Shown in pieces: positions 20,897-30,186 of a stretch of 64,000 bases of DNA. The position numbers and the translations under genes are program-made. Source of the stretch: Minisyncoccota bacterium (lineage in GTDB: Bacteria; Patescibacteriota; Minisyncoccia; Phycocordibacterales; UBA9973); the NCBI GenBank assembly GCA_031972855.1, contig DALYDY010000003.1, forward strand, positions 3,027 to 67,026, in the 5' to 3' direction. The notes beneath the pieces are model-generated. The model was not told the DNA's origin, searched no databases, and saw only the letters and a program-made list of their open reading frames with translations. How positions within the stretch are numbered: position 1 is the stretch's first letter; each line of letters begins with the position of its first letter.

Positions 20897-23800
20897 TTAT
20901 GAGCGTTTTCCTTTTTTAAGATTCACATTAAGTGAAAGTCCACGTAGATAATTCAACATCACAGAGAATGATGCTGGAGCATGTGGTGGTGGAATTGGTT
21001 CGCCTTTAATAATCGCGTCGAATGTTGCTGAACGACCTTGTATATCATCAGACTTAATTGTAATCATTTCACGAAGTATGTGAGATGCACCGTATCCTTC
21101 AAGAGCCCAGACCTCCATTTCTCCAAATCTTTGTCCTCCACCTTGTGCTTTACCACCTAGAGGTTGTTGAGTAATCAAAGAGTATGAACCAACAGAACGC
21201 ATGTGAATCTTGTCTTCTACCATGTGGTGAAGTTTCAAAATGTACATATAACCAACAGCTACATCTTGAGCAAAAGCTTCGCCTGTTCTTCCATCAATAA
21301 GAGGAGTTTTTCCATGGCGTGGAAGACCTGCGAGTTCTAGTTCATTCATGATTTCTTCTGGAGTAGCACCTCCGAATACTGGAACTACGGCTTGATAACC
21401 AAGTTTTTCTGCGGCCATACCAAGATGCATTTCAAGAATTTGTCCAAGGTTCATACGTGAAGGAATACCGAGTGGAGTAAGTACTACATCCACAGGAGTT
21501 CCGTCTGGCATGTATGGCATATCTTCTTCTGGAAGCACTACAGAGATAACACCTTTGTTTCCGTGACGACCAGCAAGCTTGTCTCCAACAGAAATGTTTC
21601 TAATTTGAGCAATTTGAATATAGATTTTTTTGATAACACCTGATTCAAGATTGTGACCTTTTTCACGTGAGAATATTTTTACACCAATAACACGTCCACG
21701 TGTTCCTTTTGGCATACGTAATGATGTATCTTTTACATCACGAGCTTTTTCAGCAAAAATAGAACGAAGAAGTCTTTCTTCTGGTGTAAGTTCTGTTTCT
21801 CCTTTTGGAGTAATCTTACCAACCAAAATATCTCCTTCACGAAGTTCTGCACCTACGCGTACTATTCCATCTTCATCCAAATCTTTCAATTTGTTTTCAC
21901 CAACGTTTGGAATATCACGAGTTGTTACTTCTTCACCGAGCTTTGTATCACGAACAACACAGTCATATTCTTCAATGTGGATAGAAGTAAATTTACTATC
22001 TTTCACGAGACGTTCTGAAAGAATAATCGCGTCTTCATAGTTTTGACCGTTCCAAGCCATAAATGCAACAAGAGCATTTTGACCAAGAGCCATTTGACCT
22101 CCTTCTGTAGATGAAGCATCAGCAATAACTTGACCGTGTGTTACAACATCACTAATACGTACCAAAGGACGTTGATTGAATGCGTTGAAACTATTCATTC
22201 TACTAAATGTGTGTAGATGATGTGTATGATCTTTTCCTTGTTTGTCTTTGATTATTATTTTCTTTGCGTCAACATATGTAACAGTACCAGCAGTTGATGC
22301 GAGTACCATACGTCCACAGTCTTTTGCTGCGAGCTCTTCCATACCAGTTGATACAAGTGGAGCTTCAGGACGAATACATGGTACGGCTTGGCGTTGCATG
22401 TTTGATCCCATCAGTGAACGGTTAGCGTCATCGTGATCCAAGAAAGGAATCATAGATGCAGCGATTGAGAATGGTTGATTTGTAGCAACATCAATATAGT
22501 CAACATCTTTTGGATTTGCTAGTCCTGGAATTGTCTTAATACGACATTCTATATATTCACCTGTTAGTTTTCCTTTGTCATCGTATTTCGCACCAGCGTG
22601 AGCAATAGTAAATTCTTCTTCTTCAAGAGCGTTTAGATACAAAACTTCACCAGTAACAACACCATTTTTAACTTTTACATATGGAGTTTCGATGATACCA
22701 AATTCATTAATACGGGCGTATGTTGCAAGATGAACAACAAGTCCAATGTTTGGACCTTCTGGAGTTTCAATAGGACAAACACGTCCATAGTGAGATGTGT
22801 GCACGTCACGAACTTCCAAAGATGCACGTTCACGTGTAAGACCTCCTGGACCGAGTGCTGATAGACGACGAAGGTGTTCGGTTTCTGCAAGAACATTTTC
22901 TTGGTCCATGAATTGTGAGAGTTGGTTTGTAGTAAAGAATTCTTTAATACGAGCTTGAAGTGGACGTTGGTTTATAACTTGAATTGGTAGAGATGTAGAA
23001 ACATCAATAGTAGACATGCGATCTTGCACATTTCTTTTGATTTGTGTCATACCAACACGAATTTTTGCTTGTATCATTTCACCAACAAAACGAACACGAC
23101 GCTTTCCAAGGTGATCAATATCATCTGCTCTTGCACCTGGAGTCACATTAAGTGTCATTGTGTGAGAAACAATTCCAATAATGTCATCTTTCGTAAGAAG
23201 TTTTGCTTCTAGAGCTTTTTTGTCTGTAGGAAGACCAAGTTGTTGATTTAGACGAAAACGTCCAACAGGAGAAATATCGTAACGTTCTACACTAAATAGA
23301 GAGTCAACATATTCTTTTGCATTATCACCTGTTGCAAGATCTCCATCACGAAGACGCTTATAAATTTCAACATATGATTCATTAAGAGTTTTTGCTGTAT
23401 CTTTTTCAAGAGAAAGCTTAATCAAAGCTTCATGAGGAGTTCCTTTGAAAGCTTTTTCTATTTCTTCATTTGTGTGAAGACCAAGAATACGAAGAAGTGA
23501 CACTAGAGGGAATTTTCTCTTTCTATCAATACGAACAGCAAGAGTTCCATCTTGTTCTGATTCAATTTCTATCCACACACCACGAGCTGGAATTATTTTT
23601 GCTCCGAACATTCTCTTTCCTTTTACATCTTGATCAACGAAGAATACACCCGCTGAACGAGCGAGTTGAGGAACAATAACACGTTCAACACCATTAATGA
23701 TGAATGTGCCGTGTCCTGTCATAAGAGGAAGATCAGCAAGAAAGATTTCTTGTTCTTTTACACTTCCGAGAGTTTTGTTAACCAAACGAACTTGTGCTTT

Positions 23801-24070
23801 CACACCAGCTTCATAAGAAAGCTTATTTTCTTTCGCATGGTTCTCATCAAACTTTGGTTCACCTATAGTAAATGAAACAAATTCGAGGTCAAACTTTTTT
23901 CCTGAATAGTCAGAGATTGGAGAAAATTCTTTAAAAACTTCCTTAAACCCTGTCGCAATCAACCATTCATATGATTCCAATTGATCTTTGATCAAACTTG
24001 GGAATTCTACGAGAGGTTTTTTGTACTTTGAAAAGTACTTCTTTTTTCGCAAACCAATATCTTTTAACAT
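20897..24070 (-). CDS. rpoB: DNA-directed RNA polymerase subunit beta
   Basis: Conserved beta blocks GEMIQAK, MGSNMQRQAVP, RFGEMEVWALE. Size is 1057 aa. Confidence 0.95.
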   Translation of the reverse strand: MLKDIGLRKKKYFSKYKKPLVEFPSLIKDQLESYEWLIATGFKEVFKEFSPISDYSGKKFDLEFVSFTIGEPKFDENHAKENKLSYEAGVKAQVRLVNKTLGSVKEQEIFLADLPLMTGHGTFIINGVERVIVPQLARSAGVFFVDQDVKGKRMFGAKIIPARGVWIEIESEQDGTLAVRIDRKRKFPLVSLLRILGLHTNEEIEKAFKGTPHEALIKLSLEKDTAKTLNESYVEIYKRLRDGDLATGDNAKEYVDSLFSVERYDISPVGRFRLNQQLGLPTDKKALEAKLLTKDDIIGIVSHTMTLNVTPGARADDIDHLGKRRVRFVGEMIQAKIRVGMTQIKRNVQDRMSTIDVSTSLPIQVINQRPLQARIKEFFTTNQLSQFMDQENVLAETEHLRRLSALGPGGLTRERASLEVRDVHTSHYGRVCPIETPEGPNIGLVVHLATYARINEFGIIETPYVKVKNGVVTGEVLYLNALEEEEFTIAHAGAKYDDKGKLTGEYIECRIKTIPGLANPKDVDYIDVATNQPFSIAASMIPFLDHDDANRSLMGSNMQRQAVPCIRPEAPLVSTGMEELAAKDCGRMVLASTAGTVTYVDAKKIIIKDKQGKDHTHHLHTFSRMNSFNAFNQRPLVRISDVVTHGQVIADASSTEGGQMALGQNALVAFMAWNGQNYEDAIILSERLVKDSKFTSIHIEEYDCVVRDTKLGEEVTTRDIPNVGENKLKDLDEDGIVRVGAELREGDILVGKITPKGETELTPEERLLRSIFAEKARDVKDTSLRMPKGTRGRVIGVKIFSREKGHNLESGVIKKIYIQIAQIRNISVGDKLAGRHGNKGVISVVLPEEDMPYMPDGTPVDVVLTPLGIPSRMNLGQILEMHLGMAAEKLGYQAVVPVFGGATPEEIMNELELAGLPRHGKTPLIDGRTGEAFAQDVAVGYMYILKLHHMVEDKIHMRSVGSYSLITQQPLGGKAQGGGQRFGEMEVWALEGYGASHILREMITIKSDDIQGRSATFDAIIKGEPIPPPHAPASFSVMLNYLRGLSLNVNLKKGKRS

Positions 24071-24116
24071 ATATACTATCTATTACCAAAATATTCTTAT
24101 CCAAAAGCCAAAAATT

Positions 24117-24139
24117 CCGAAAAGAAAATCTTTTCGGTT
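24117..24139 (-). promoter_or_regulatory. Hairpin in the ~270-nt rpoB leader (possible attenuator)
   Basis: ccgaaaag aaaat cttttcgg, followed on the minus strand by a U-rich stretch. Confidence 0.3.
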
Positions 24140-24339
24140 AAAACTTTATTTGTGCTCGAGGAAAAAATAATGTGGCAAAAAAGAAAAACATTATCTACTG
24201 TTTTATCAGTAGCTCGGCTAGTAAAAAAACTGAAAAAGCATCCAAAACTCAATCCTTCAATCGACACACAGTATACACTAATTAATAAAAAAAGTAAAGA
24301 TACTATAGTTTAATTAGTTAAATACAAAATAAAAAGCCC

Positions 24340-24597
24340 TTATTGGGGCTCATTTGGAGATTTTGAATCTTTTTGTGTTTGTGGAGATTCTGTATCAAGA
24401 ACAATCTTTAAATCTTTTGTTTCGGGATCATACTTTAGTTTACCTAATACTGTCCCTGAAAAACCTTCAGAATTTTGATTATTTTCCGGATAACCTACAA
24501 TACTAGGACTTCCACCAAAAAGCTGGAAATCTGTTTGGCGCATTCTGCGATATCTTTTTAAACTTGGCATAATATATTTTTTATTATCATACCACAA
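24340..24597 (-). CDS. Hypothetical small protein (85 aa)
   Basis: ORF only. Basic N-terminus MPSLKRYRRMRQ. Confidence 0.3.
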   Translation of the reverse strand: MWYDNKKYIMPSLKRYRRMRQTDFQLFGGSPSIVGYPENNQNSEGFSGTVLGKLKYDPETKDLKIVLDTESPQTQKDSKSPNEPQ

Positions 24598-24604
24598 AAA
24601 AAGA

Positions 24605-25297
24605 TTATTTCTTTTTATCTTTCTTATCTCGCCATTCTTCTATATCTTTGTGATTTCCGGATAAAAGAACTTTTGGAACACGGAAAATCTTCTTTTCCTT
24701 ACCTATCTTATATTCCAAAATTTCTGGACGTGTATAAAGCTCACTTGAAGCATTCCTAGATTCTTCTAGTGATTCACTCTTGCCAAGAACCCCTTCTATC
24801 TGGCGAGATGTAGCATCGATCACGACGAGTGCAGGAATCTCTCCACCTGTTAGAACATAATCTCCAATAGATACTTCTTCTACATCGTATTTTTTATTTG
24901 TTTTCAAAATTTTCTTAAGACGAGCATCTATACCTTCATATCTTCCACAAATCAAAATAACGTCAGAATATTTTTTTATTAGATTCTTTGCGTATGTATT
25001 TGTAAATTCTTTTCCAGCAGGAGCAAAAATAATTACTTTTATTTTTTGTTCTATTTTTTTATTGTTTTTTATTTTTATAGAATCTATTGCACGAAGTATT
25101 GGCTCTGCATACATAACCATACCAGGACCACCACCATAAGATCTATCATCGACTTTCTTATGTTTATCCAAAGAAAAATTGCGTAAATTTAAAGTATTTA
25201 CTTTTATAATATTATTTTTTTGTGCACGTCCAATAATTGATTGATCTGTATAAGAAGAAATCATTTCTGGAAAAAGTGTTATGACGTGAAAATTCAT
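24605..25297 (-). CDS. trmD: tRNA (guanine37-N1)-methyltransferase
   Basis: MNFHVITLFPEM..., YGGGPGMVM. Start chosen at the internal Met (ORF-track M19). TATAAT lies 7 nt upstream, so the gene is near-leaderless. Confidence 0.8.
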   Translation of the reverse strand: MNFHVITLFPEMISSYTDQSIIGRAQKNNIIKVNTLNLRNFSLDKHKKVDDRSYGGGPGMVMYAEPILRAIDSIKIKNNKKIEQKIKVIIFAPAGKEFTNTYAKNLIKKYSDVILICGRYEGIDARLKKILKTNKKYDVEEVSIGDYVLTGGEIPALVVIDATSRQIEGVLGKSESLEESRNASSELYTRPEILEYKIGKEKKIFRVPKVLLSGNHKDIEEWRDKKDKKK

Positions 25298-25337
25298 TAC
25301 AAATATTATAACATAAAAATTTAATTTAGGAAATACA

Positions 25338-25371
25338 TAAAAGAGTGGCACCCTTCGGGTGCCACTCTTTT
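25338..25371. terminator. Intrinsic terminator with a UUCG tetraloop, 3' of the KH-protein gene
   Basis: aaaagagtggcaccc ttcg gggtgccactctttt. Confidence 0.65.
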
Positions 25372-25391
25372 ATGTATTTAATATACTCTAA

Positions 25392-25712
25392 TTAATCTTC
25401 CAAACCTTCTAAAGCTTCATCTACTGATTTTGAAACAGGACCACTTGCAGGTGCACGCATTCCTCCTTCTGGTTCATTTATTTTCAAATTTACACGGGCA
25501 TTATTTTTCATTCCAATCACACGAAGTAGTGTGCGAATAGCTTTTGCTGTATTACCTTGACGTCCAATTATTTTACCCATATCTTCTGGAGCGATTGTAA
25601 GAGTTATAAGTACTCCCATTTCATCTACTGATCTATCTATAACAACTTTATCTGGATTATCAACTAGTGCTTTTACAATATATTCTAAAAAAACTTTATC
25701 TTCATGCTGCAT
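25392..25712 (-). CDS. KH-domain RNA-binding protein (UPF0109/YlqC-like)
   Basis: KH GxxG loop IIGRQGNTAKAIRTL. Synteny with the rpsP-KH-trmD operon. Confidence 0.7.
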   Translation of the reverse strand: MQHEDKVFLEYIVKALVDNPDKVVIDRSVDEMGVLITLTIAPEDMGKIIGRQGNTAKAIRTLLRVIGMKNNARVNLKINEPEGGMRAPASGPVSKSVDEALEGLED

Positions 25713-25815
25713 ATAAGAATTACTCGAATTTATTTAAAATAAATTCTTACAAAAAATTAAATTAAGACAGTGTGTTGACGATACTCACTGTACTAATAGA
25801 TTATATCTTAATTAC

Positions 25816-25853
25816 AAAAAAGAAATCCACTCAATTGAGTGGATTTCTTTTTT
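25816..25853. terminator. Intrinsic terminator 3' of rpsP, paralogous to the rpoD terminator
   Basis: aaaaaagaaatccactc aatt gagtggatttctttttt, a 17-bp stem. Confidence 0.65.
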
Positions 25854-25865
25854 GTAAAAAATAAA

Positions 25866-26162
25866 TTATTTTTCTTTTCTCTTTTTTGTTGGAGACTTTT
25901 TTGGAAGAACATTTTTCTTTGTTCCTTCTATAATACCTTGTTTTACGAGGAAGTTGTGAACTGTATCACTTGTTTGAGCTCCTTGTGAAATCCAGTATTG
26001 AACACGATCTTTTTTGAAGACAACAGTGTCTGATTTTGGTGTATAAGAACCAATAATTTCTTTAAATTTACCACTTTGTGTGGCGTTTTTTGAATCAGTC
26101 AAAACAACCCTGTATGCAGGATCATTTTTGCGACCAATACGTTGTAAGCGAATCATTAACAT
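25866..26162 (-). CDS. rpsP: 30S ribosomal protein S16
   Basis: MLMIRLQRIGRKNDPAYRVVLTDS aligns with the bS16 N-terminus. Start chosen internal to the ORF-track ORF. Confidence 0.8.
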   Translation of the reverse strand: MLMIRLQRIGRKNDPAYRVVLTDSKNATQSGKFKEIIGSYTPKSDTVVFKKDRVQYWISQGAQTSDTVHNFLVKQGIIEGTKKNVLPKKSPTKKRKEK

Positions 26163-26245
26163 AAGTGGAGTCATAATACCAAAAGTATTAATAAAAAGCA
26201 AGTGATAGAAAAGTATATAATATATTAGTAATTAGATTATAGACT

Positions 26246-26292
26246 AGATTGCGCGTTACAGACCAACAGTCTGTAACGCGCAATTTTTGTAT
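26246..26292 (+). promoter_or_regulatory. GC-rich perfect inverted repeat (16-bp stem, 5-nt loop) plus T-run in the rpsP/rnr divergent intergenic region
   Basis: attgcgcgttacagac caaca gtctgtaacgcgcaat tttt. Flanked on both sides by the TAGTAATTAGA(A/T)TA motif in mirror orientation. Confidence 0.5.
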
Positions 26293-26330
26293 TTTATATA
26301 TTCTATCTACTGTATTCTAATTACTAATTA

Positions 26331-28265
26331 TTGTGTTACAATATCGTTATTATGGAACAAAAAATATATGAAGGAACAGTCTTCATAAATACAAAAGGTA
26401 ATGGTTATGTAAAAACAAAAGAACTTGATGAAAGTATTGAAATACCAAATCAACATCTTCTTACAAGTCTACATGGTGACAAAGTATGTGCAATTGTTAC
26501 AGGAAAAAATGAGTATGGAAATCCAACAGGAGAAATTACAGAAATTATTTCTCGTTCAAAAGTTGGTTTTTCTGGAACACTCGCAAAAGATGACTTAGGT
26601 TTTTATTTAATACCTAGTGATCCAAAAATCCATATTCAAATCAGACTTCCAAATGATTGCCTTTTAGGTGCAGAGCTTGGTGATAAGATTTTTACAACAA
26701 TAACACGTTGGACAGACCAACACACTCTTCCTGTTGGAGAAGTCTTGCGTGTTTTGGGTAAGCCATTTGAAAATAATGCCGAAATGATGGGTATTGCTCT
26801 TGAAAAAGGTTTTGACGAAAATTTTCCTAAAGCTGTCTTAGAAGAAGCAGAAAAATTAAAAGAAGAAGGAATTAGTTCTGAAGAATTAAAAATTCGAAAA
26901 GATATCCGCGGTATTACAACATTCACTATAGACCCTGCAGATGCAAAAGACTTTGACGATGCTCTGTCTGTTCAATTCTTACCTAATGGAAATATTGAAG
27001 TTGGTGTTCATATTGCTGATGTATCACACTATGTACGCCCAGACACAGAGATCGACAAAGAAGCTGGGAGACGTGCTACTTCTGTATACCTTGTAGATCG
27101 TACAATACCAATGCTTCCAGAAGTTCTATCAAACGAACTTTGTAGTCTAAATCCAAAAGAAGATAAGCTCACATTCAGTGCAATTTTTGAACTTACAGAA
27201 AAAGCTGAAGTCGTAAATGAATGGTTCGGTAGAACAATTATGCATTCTGACCACCGTTTCACTTATGAAAATGCTCAAGAAGTTTTAACTGAAGAACAAG
27301 GAACATACTTCAAAGAATTAAATACTCTAAATACACTCGCAAAAAAGCTCGAGAAAAAGAGAATGGAAGACGGAGCTCTTTCACTTGATCAAGATGAAGT
27401 GAAATTCTTATTAGATCAAAATGGTGTTCCAATAAAAGTTTATAAAAAACAACGTGGCGACACTAACCACCTCATTGAAGAATTTATGCTTCTTGCAAAT
27501 AGAAAAGTTGCTGAATTTATCGCAAAAAAATCAGAAGATGAAGCAAATGTTTTTGTTTATCGTATTCACGACCTACCAGACCAAGACAAGATGAGTGAAC
27601 TAAAATTATTTTTGAAAAAACTTGGTTTTGAAACACACTTAAATAAAGATGGAGTAATTCCCTCTCAAGAACTAAATAAAATACTTGAAAAACTAGAAGG
27701 AAAAGAAGAAAAGAATACAGTTCATACTGCAGTAATTCGCTCAATGGCAAAAGCAATATATTCAACAAAGAATATTGGTCACTATGGACTAGCATTTACA
27801 TACTACACTCACTTCACCTCACCTATTCGCAGATATCCAGACACTCTTGTACACAGACTACTCGCAATATACCTTGCTGGAGAAAAAGTTCCAGAAGCTA
27901 TGTGGCATCATTATGACCACATGTGTGACCATTCTTCAAAACGTGAGAAAGAAGCAAGTGATGCAGAACGTGCTTCTATTAAATACAAACAAGTAGAGTA
28001 CATGACAGCACGTATTGGTCAAATATTTGATGGTGTAGTGACAGGAATTTCTCGTAATGGAATATTCGTAGAAGACAAAGAATCAAAATGTGAAGGAATG
28101 ATAAGACTAAAAGACTTAGGAACAGATTTTTATAACTACGATGAAAAAGAAAATTATATAATAGGTACACGCACAAAAAAGATTTTTAAAATTGGAGACA
28201 ATTTACCAATCAAAGTTGCAGGAGCTAATCTAGAAAAGAAAATTATTGATTATATACCAGGATAA
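26331..28265 (+). CDS. rnr: Ribonuclease R / exoribonuclease II family (VacB)
   Basis: RNB catalytic motifs DPADAKDFDDAL and YLVDRTIPMLPE. C-terminal S1-like domain. The true start is probably the MEQK Met about 20 nt downstream of the ORF-track start. Confidence 0.8.
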   Translation: MCYNIVIMEQKIYEGTVFINTKGNGYVKTKELDESIEIPNQHLLTSLHGDKVCAIVTGKNEYGNPTGEITEIISRSKVGFSGTLAKDDLGFYLIPSDPKIHIQIRLPNDCLLGAELGDKIFTTITRWTDQHTLPVGEVLRVLGKPFENNAEMMGIALEKGFDENFPKAVLEEAEKLKEEGISSEELKIRKDIRGITTFTIDPADAKDFDDALSVQFLPNGNIEVGVHIADVSHYVRPDTEIDKEAGRRATSVYLVDRTIPMLPEVLSNELCSLNPKEDKLTFSAIFELTEKAEVVNEWFGRTIMHSDHRFTYENAQEVLTEEQGTYFKELNTLNTLAKKLEKKRMEDGALSLDQDEVKFLLDQNGVPIKVYKKQRGDTNHLIEEFMLLANRKVAEFIAKKSEDEANVFVYRIHDLPDQDKMSELKLFLKKLGFETHLNKDGVIPSQELNKILEKLEGKEEKNTVHTAVIRSMAKAIYSTKNIGHYGLAFTYYTHFTSPIRRYPDTLVHRLLAIYLAGEKVPEAMWHHYDHMCDHSSKREKEASDAERASIKYKQVEYMTARIGQIFDGVVTGISRNGIFVEDKESKCEGMIRLKDLGTDFYNYDEKENYIIGTRTKKIFKIGDNLPIKVAGANLEKKIIDYIPG

Positions 28266-28271
28266 AAAATA

Positions 28272-29351
28272 ATGATAAATGTTAGAACAGAAATAATAGC
28301 TATTCTATGCATCTCCATAATAGCGGGCGCATTTTTGGGTGCTCTAGGTAAACAAAAAATAAAACAAAATAAAATTATTTCTGAACAAGAAATAATTGAA
28401 AAAAAGATTAATTCAATCACACTTTCTTTTGTTGGAGATATTACACCAACAAAAGAATTTCCTGATCTTTTTGGTTTTGTAAAAGAAGAACTTTCAAAGC
28501 CAGATCTAATGATTGGAAATTTGGAAGGAGTTATAACCGATAAAGAAAAAAATAAATGTGGAAGAATTATAACAGGAAAATGTTATGCGTTTTCTGGTAA
28601 TGAAGGCTTTGTACAGATATTAAAAAATGCATCTTTTGATATGGTAAATGTAGCGAACAATCATTCGTATGATTTTGGTGAAGAAGGTTTTTTTGATACT
28701 CTGAAAAATTTGAGTAATTATGATATAGATTCAATAGGAGCAAAAAACACAATAGTAGAGAAAAAAATAAATGGTATTAGAATATCTTTTGTTGGATTTT
28801 CTACAGGTGTACTCACTAATGATTTAAACAAAGAAGACACAGTAAAAAATATAGTAGAGAGAGCAAAAACTAATTCTGATCTTGTGGTAGTTTTGTTTCA
28901 TGGGGGTGCTGAAGGTATGGGAGCTACACATGTATTAAATACAAAAGAAAAATATCTAGGTGAAGAACGTGGTAATGTTCAAAGTTTTGCAAAAATTGCA
29001 ATTGATAATGGAGCTGATGTTGTGGTCGGATCTGGACCTCATGTTCTTCGTGGAATGGAATGGTATAAAGGAAAATTGATTGCTTATTCTCTTGGAAATT
29101 TTGCTGGGTACAATACATTTAGTACAGAAGGAATACTTGGAGACAGTGGAATACTAACTATTAATATTGAAAATAAAAATCAGATAATTGATGCAAATTT
29201 TATTCCTATTTCAATAAACAAAAGTGGTATACCAATTATTGATTGGGCGAATACTTCAATTTCACAAATAAATAATCTAAGTATAGAAGATTTTGGAGAT
29301 AATGGAATAATGTTTGATGAGTTCGGCAAAACAACAAATAAAAATATATAG
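28272..29351 (+). CDS. CapA/PgsA-family metallophosphoesterase (poly-gamma-glutamate capsule synthesis-like)
   Basis: N-terminal TM, then FVGDITP, NVANNHSYDFG, VLFHGGAEG. Confidence 0.55.
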   Translation: MINVRTEIIAILCISIIAGAFLGALGKQKIKQNKIISEQEIIEKKINSITLSFVGDITPTKEFPDLFGFVKEELSKPDLMIGNLEGVITDKEKNKCGRIITGKCYAFSGNEGFVQILKNASFDMVNVANNHSYDFGEEGFFDTLKNLSNYDIDSIGAKNTIVEKKINGIRISFVGFSTGVLTNDLNKEDTVKNIVERAKTNSDLVVVLFHGGAEGMGATHVLNTKEKYLGEERGNVQSFAKIAIDNGADVVVGSGPHVLRGMEWYKGKLIAYSLGNFAGYNTFSTEGILGDSGILTINIENKNQIIDANFIPISINKSGIPIIDWANTSISQINNLSIEDFGDNGIMFDEFGKTTNKNI

Positions 29352-29379
29352 AGAATTATTTATAATACAAAAATGAAAG

Positions 29380-29408
29380 AGCCCAGATTTGCTTTGCAAA
29401 TCTGGGCT
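29380..29408. terminator. Bidirectional terminator hairpin
   Basis: agcccagatttgc / gcaaatctgggct. Confidence 0.5.
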
Positions 29409-29429
29409 TCGACATTTCTGTCTAATACT

Positions 29430-30080
29430 TTACTTACTCTGTTCAGATTCAGGAGATCTCACTTCAGCCTTATTTAAATCCTGAGGCACAACCAAAGAAA
29501 TCTCTCCTTCGTGTTTATGGTTGTGTTCGTGTATCACCCTTTCAGGTATACCTTTATTTTGAACATCAACACACCCACTAACATTTAAATTACAATCATT
29601 ACAATTTCTTCTCTGGCAAACATTGCAATTTCCATTACATCCATAATAATTTCTTCTTCCAGCAATAAGGTAGCCAATAATACCGGCAATCAACAGGAAC
29701 ATAAATCCACCAATGCAAATTAACTCTTTTTGTGAAAACATTTGTGGAGGTGGTGGAGGTAACTCCTTTGCAGCACCAGTATCTTTTTTTGGTTCTGCTG
29801 GTGGAGTAACAACTCTAGGCCTCGAAGGTAAATAAATTACCCTCGGACGAGGCTCTACAGGTCTCTGCCACTCCGGCCAATTGTTGATAATAGTAATTGG
29901 TTGTTGTTGTGGTTGAGTCGGAATTTTTTCAACAGGCTGTTGAACAATAGGTTGTGGTTCAGGCTCAACAAAGGGTATACCACGACCACTATTATTTTGG
30001 GCAAAAATAGCATTACTGCTCAGGATCATCAGTGTACATAACACCAATGCAATCCCTGCACGTTTCATTAGATTTTTCAT
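29430..30080 (-). CDS. Secreted proline-rich single-pass membrane protein with a cytoplasmic cysteine-rich tail
   Basis: Signal peptide MKNLMKRAGIALVLCTLMILSSNAIFAQ. PxP-rich ectodomain. TM helix ICIGGFMFLLIAGIIGYLIAG. CNGNCNVCQRRNCNDCN cluster. Confidence 0.45.
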   Translation of the reverse strand: MKNLMKRAGIALVLCTLMILSSNAIFAQNNSGRGIPFVEPEPQPIVQQPVEKIPTQPQQQPITIINNWPEWQRPVEPRPRVIYLPSRPRVVTPPAEPKKDTGAAKELPPPPPQMFSQKELICIGGFMFLLIAGIIGYLIAGRRNYYGCNGNCNVCQRRNCNDCNLNVSGCVDVQNKGIPERVIHEHNHKHEGEISLVVPQDLNKAEVRSPESEQSK

Positions 30081-30154
30081 TGTTCTTATTTGTGTGTAGT
30101 ATAGCACACAATATACCATTTTGTCAAGTACTATTTTACCCTTATTTCCCAATA

Positions 30155-30186
30155 TAAAAAACCGTTATATAAACGGTTTTTTATAT
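30155..30186. terminator. Intrinsic terminator 3' of the smc-like gene
   Basis: aaaaaaccgtt atata aacggtttttt. Confidence 0.6.

Noticed and set aside
26246-26282. GC-rich hairpin as a tRNA or other structured RNA gene
   Set aside because: It is a simple perfect palindrome with no cloverleaf arms. It is more consistent with a terminator, operator or attenuator element.
26329-26403. Apparent 2-nt frame discrepancy between the displayed sequence and the ORF-track protein for rnr
   Set aside because: Upstream (rpsP) and downstream (rnr body, capA) coordinates agree with the track. The inconsistency is local and most likely a hand-indexing or display issue. It is not interpretable as biology without the raw data, so it is recorded only as a caution on ±2-nt coordinate accuracy.
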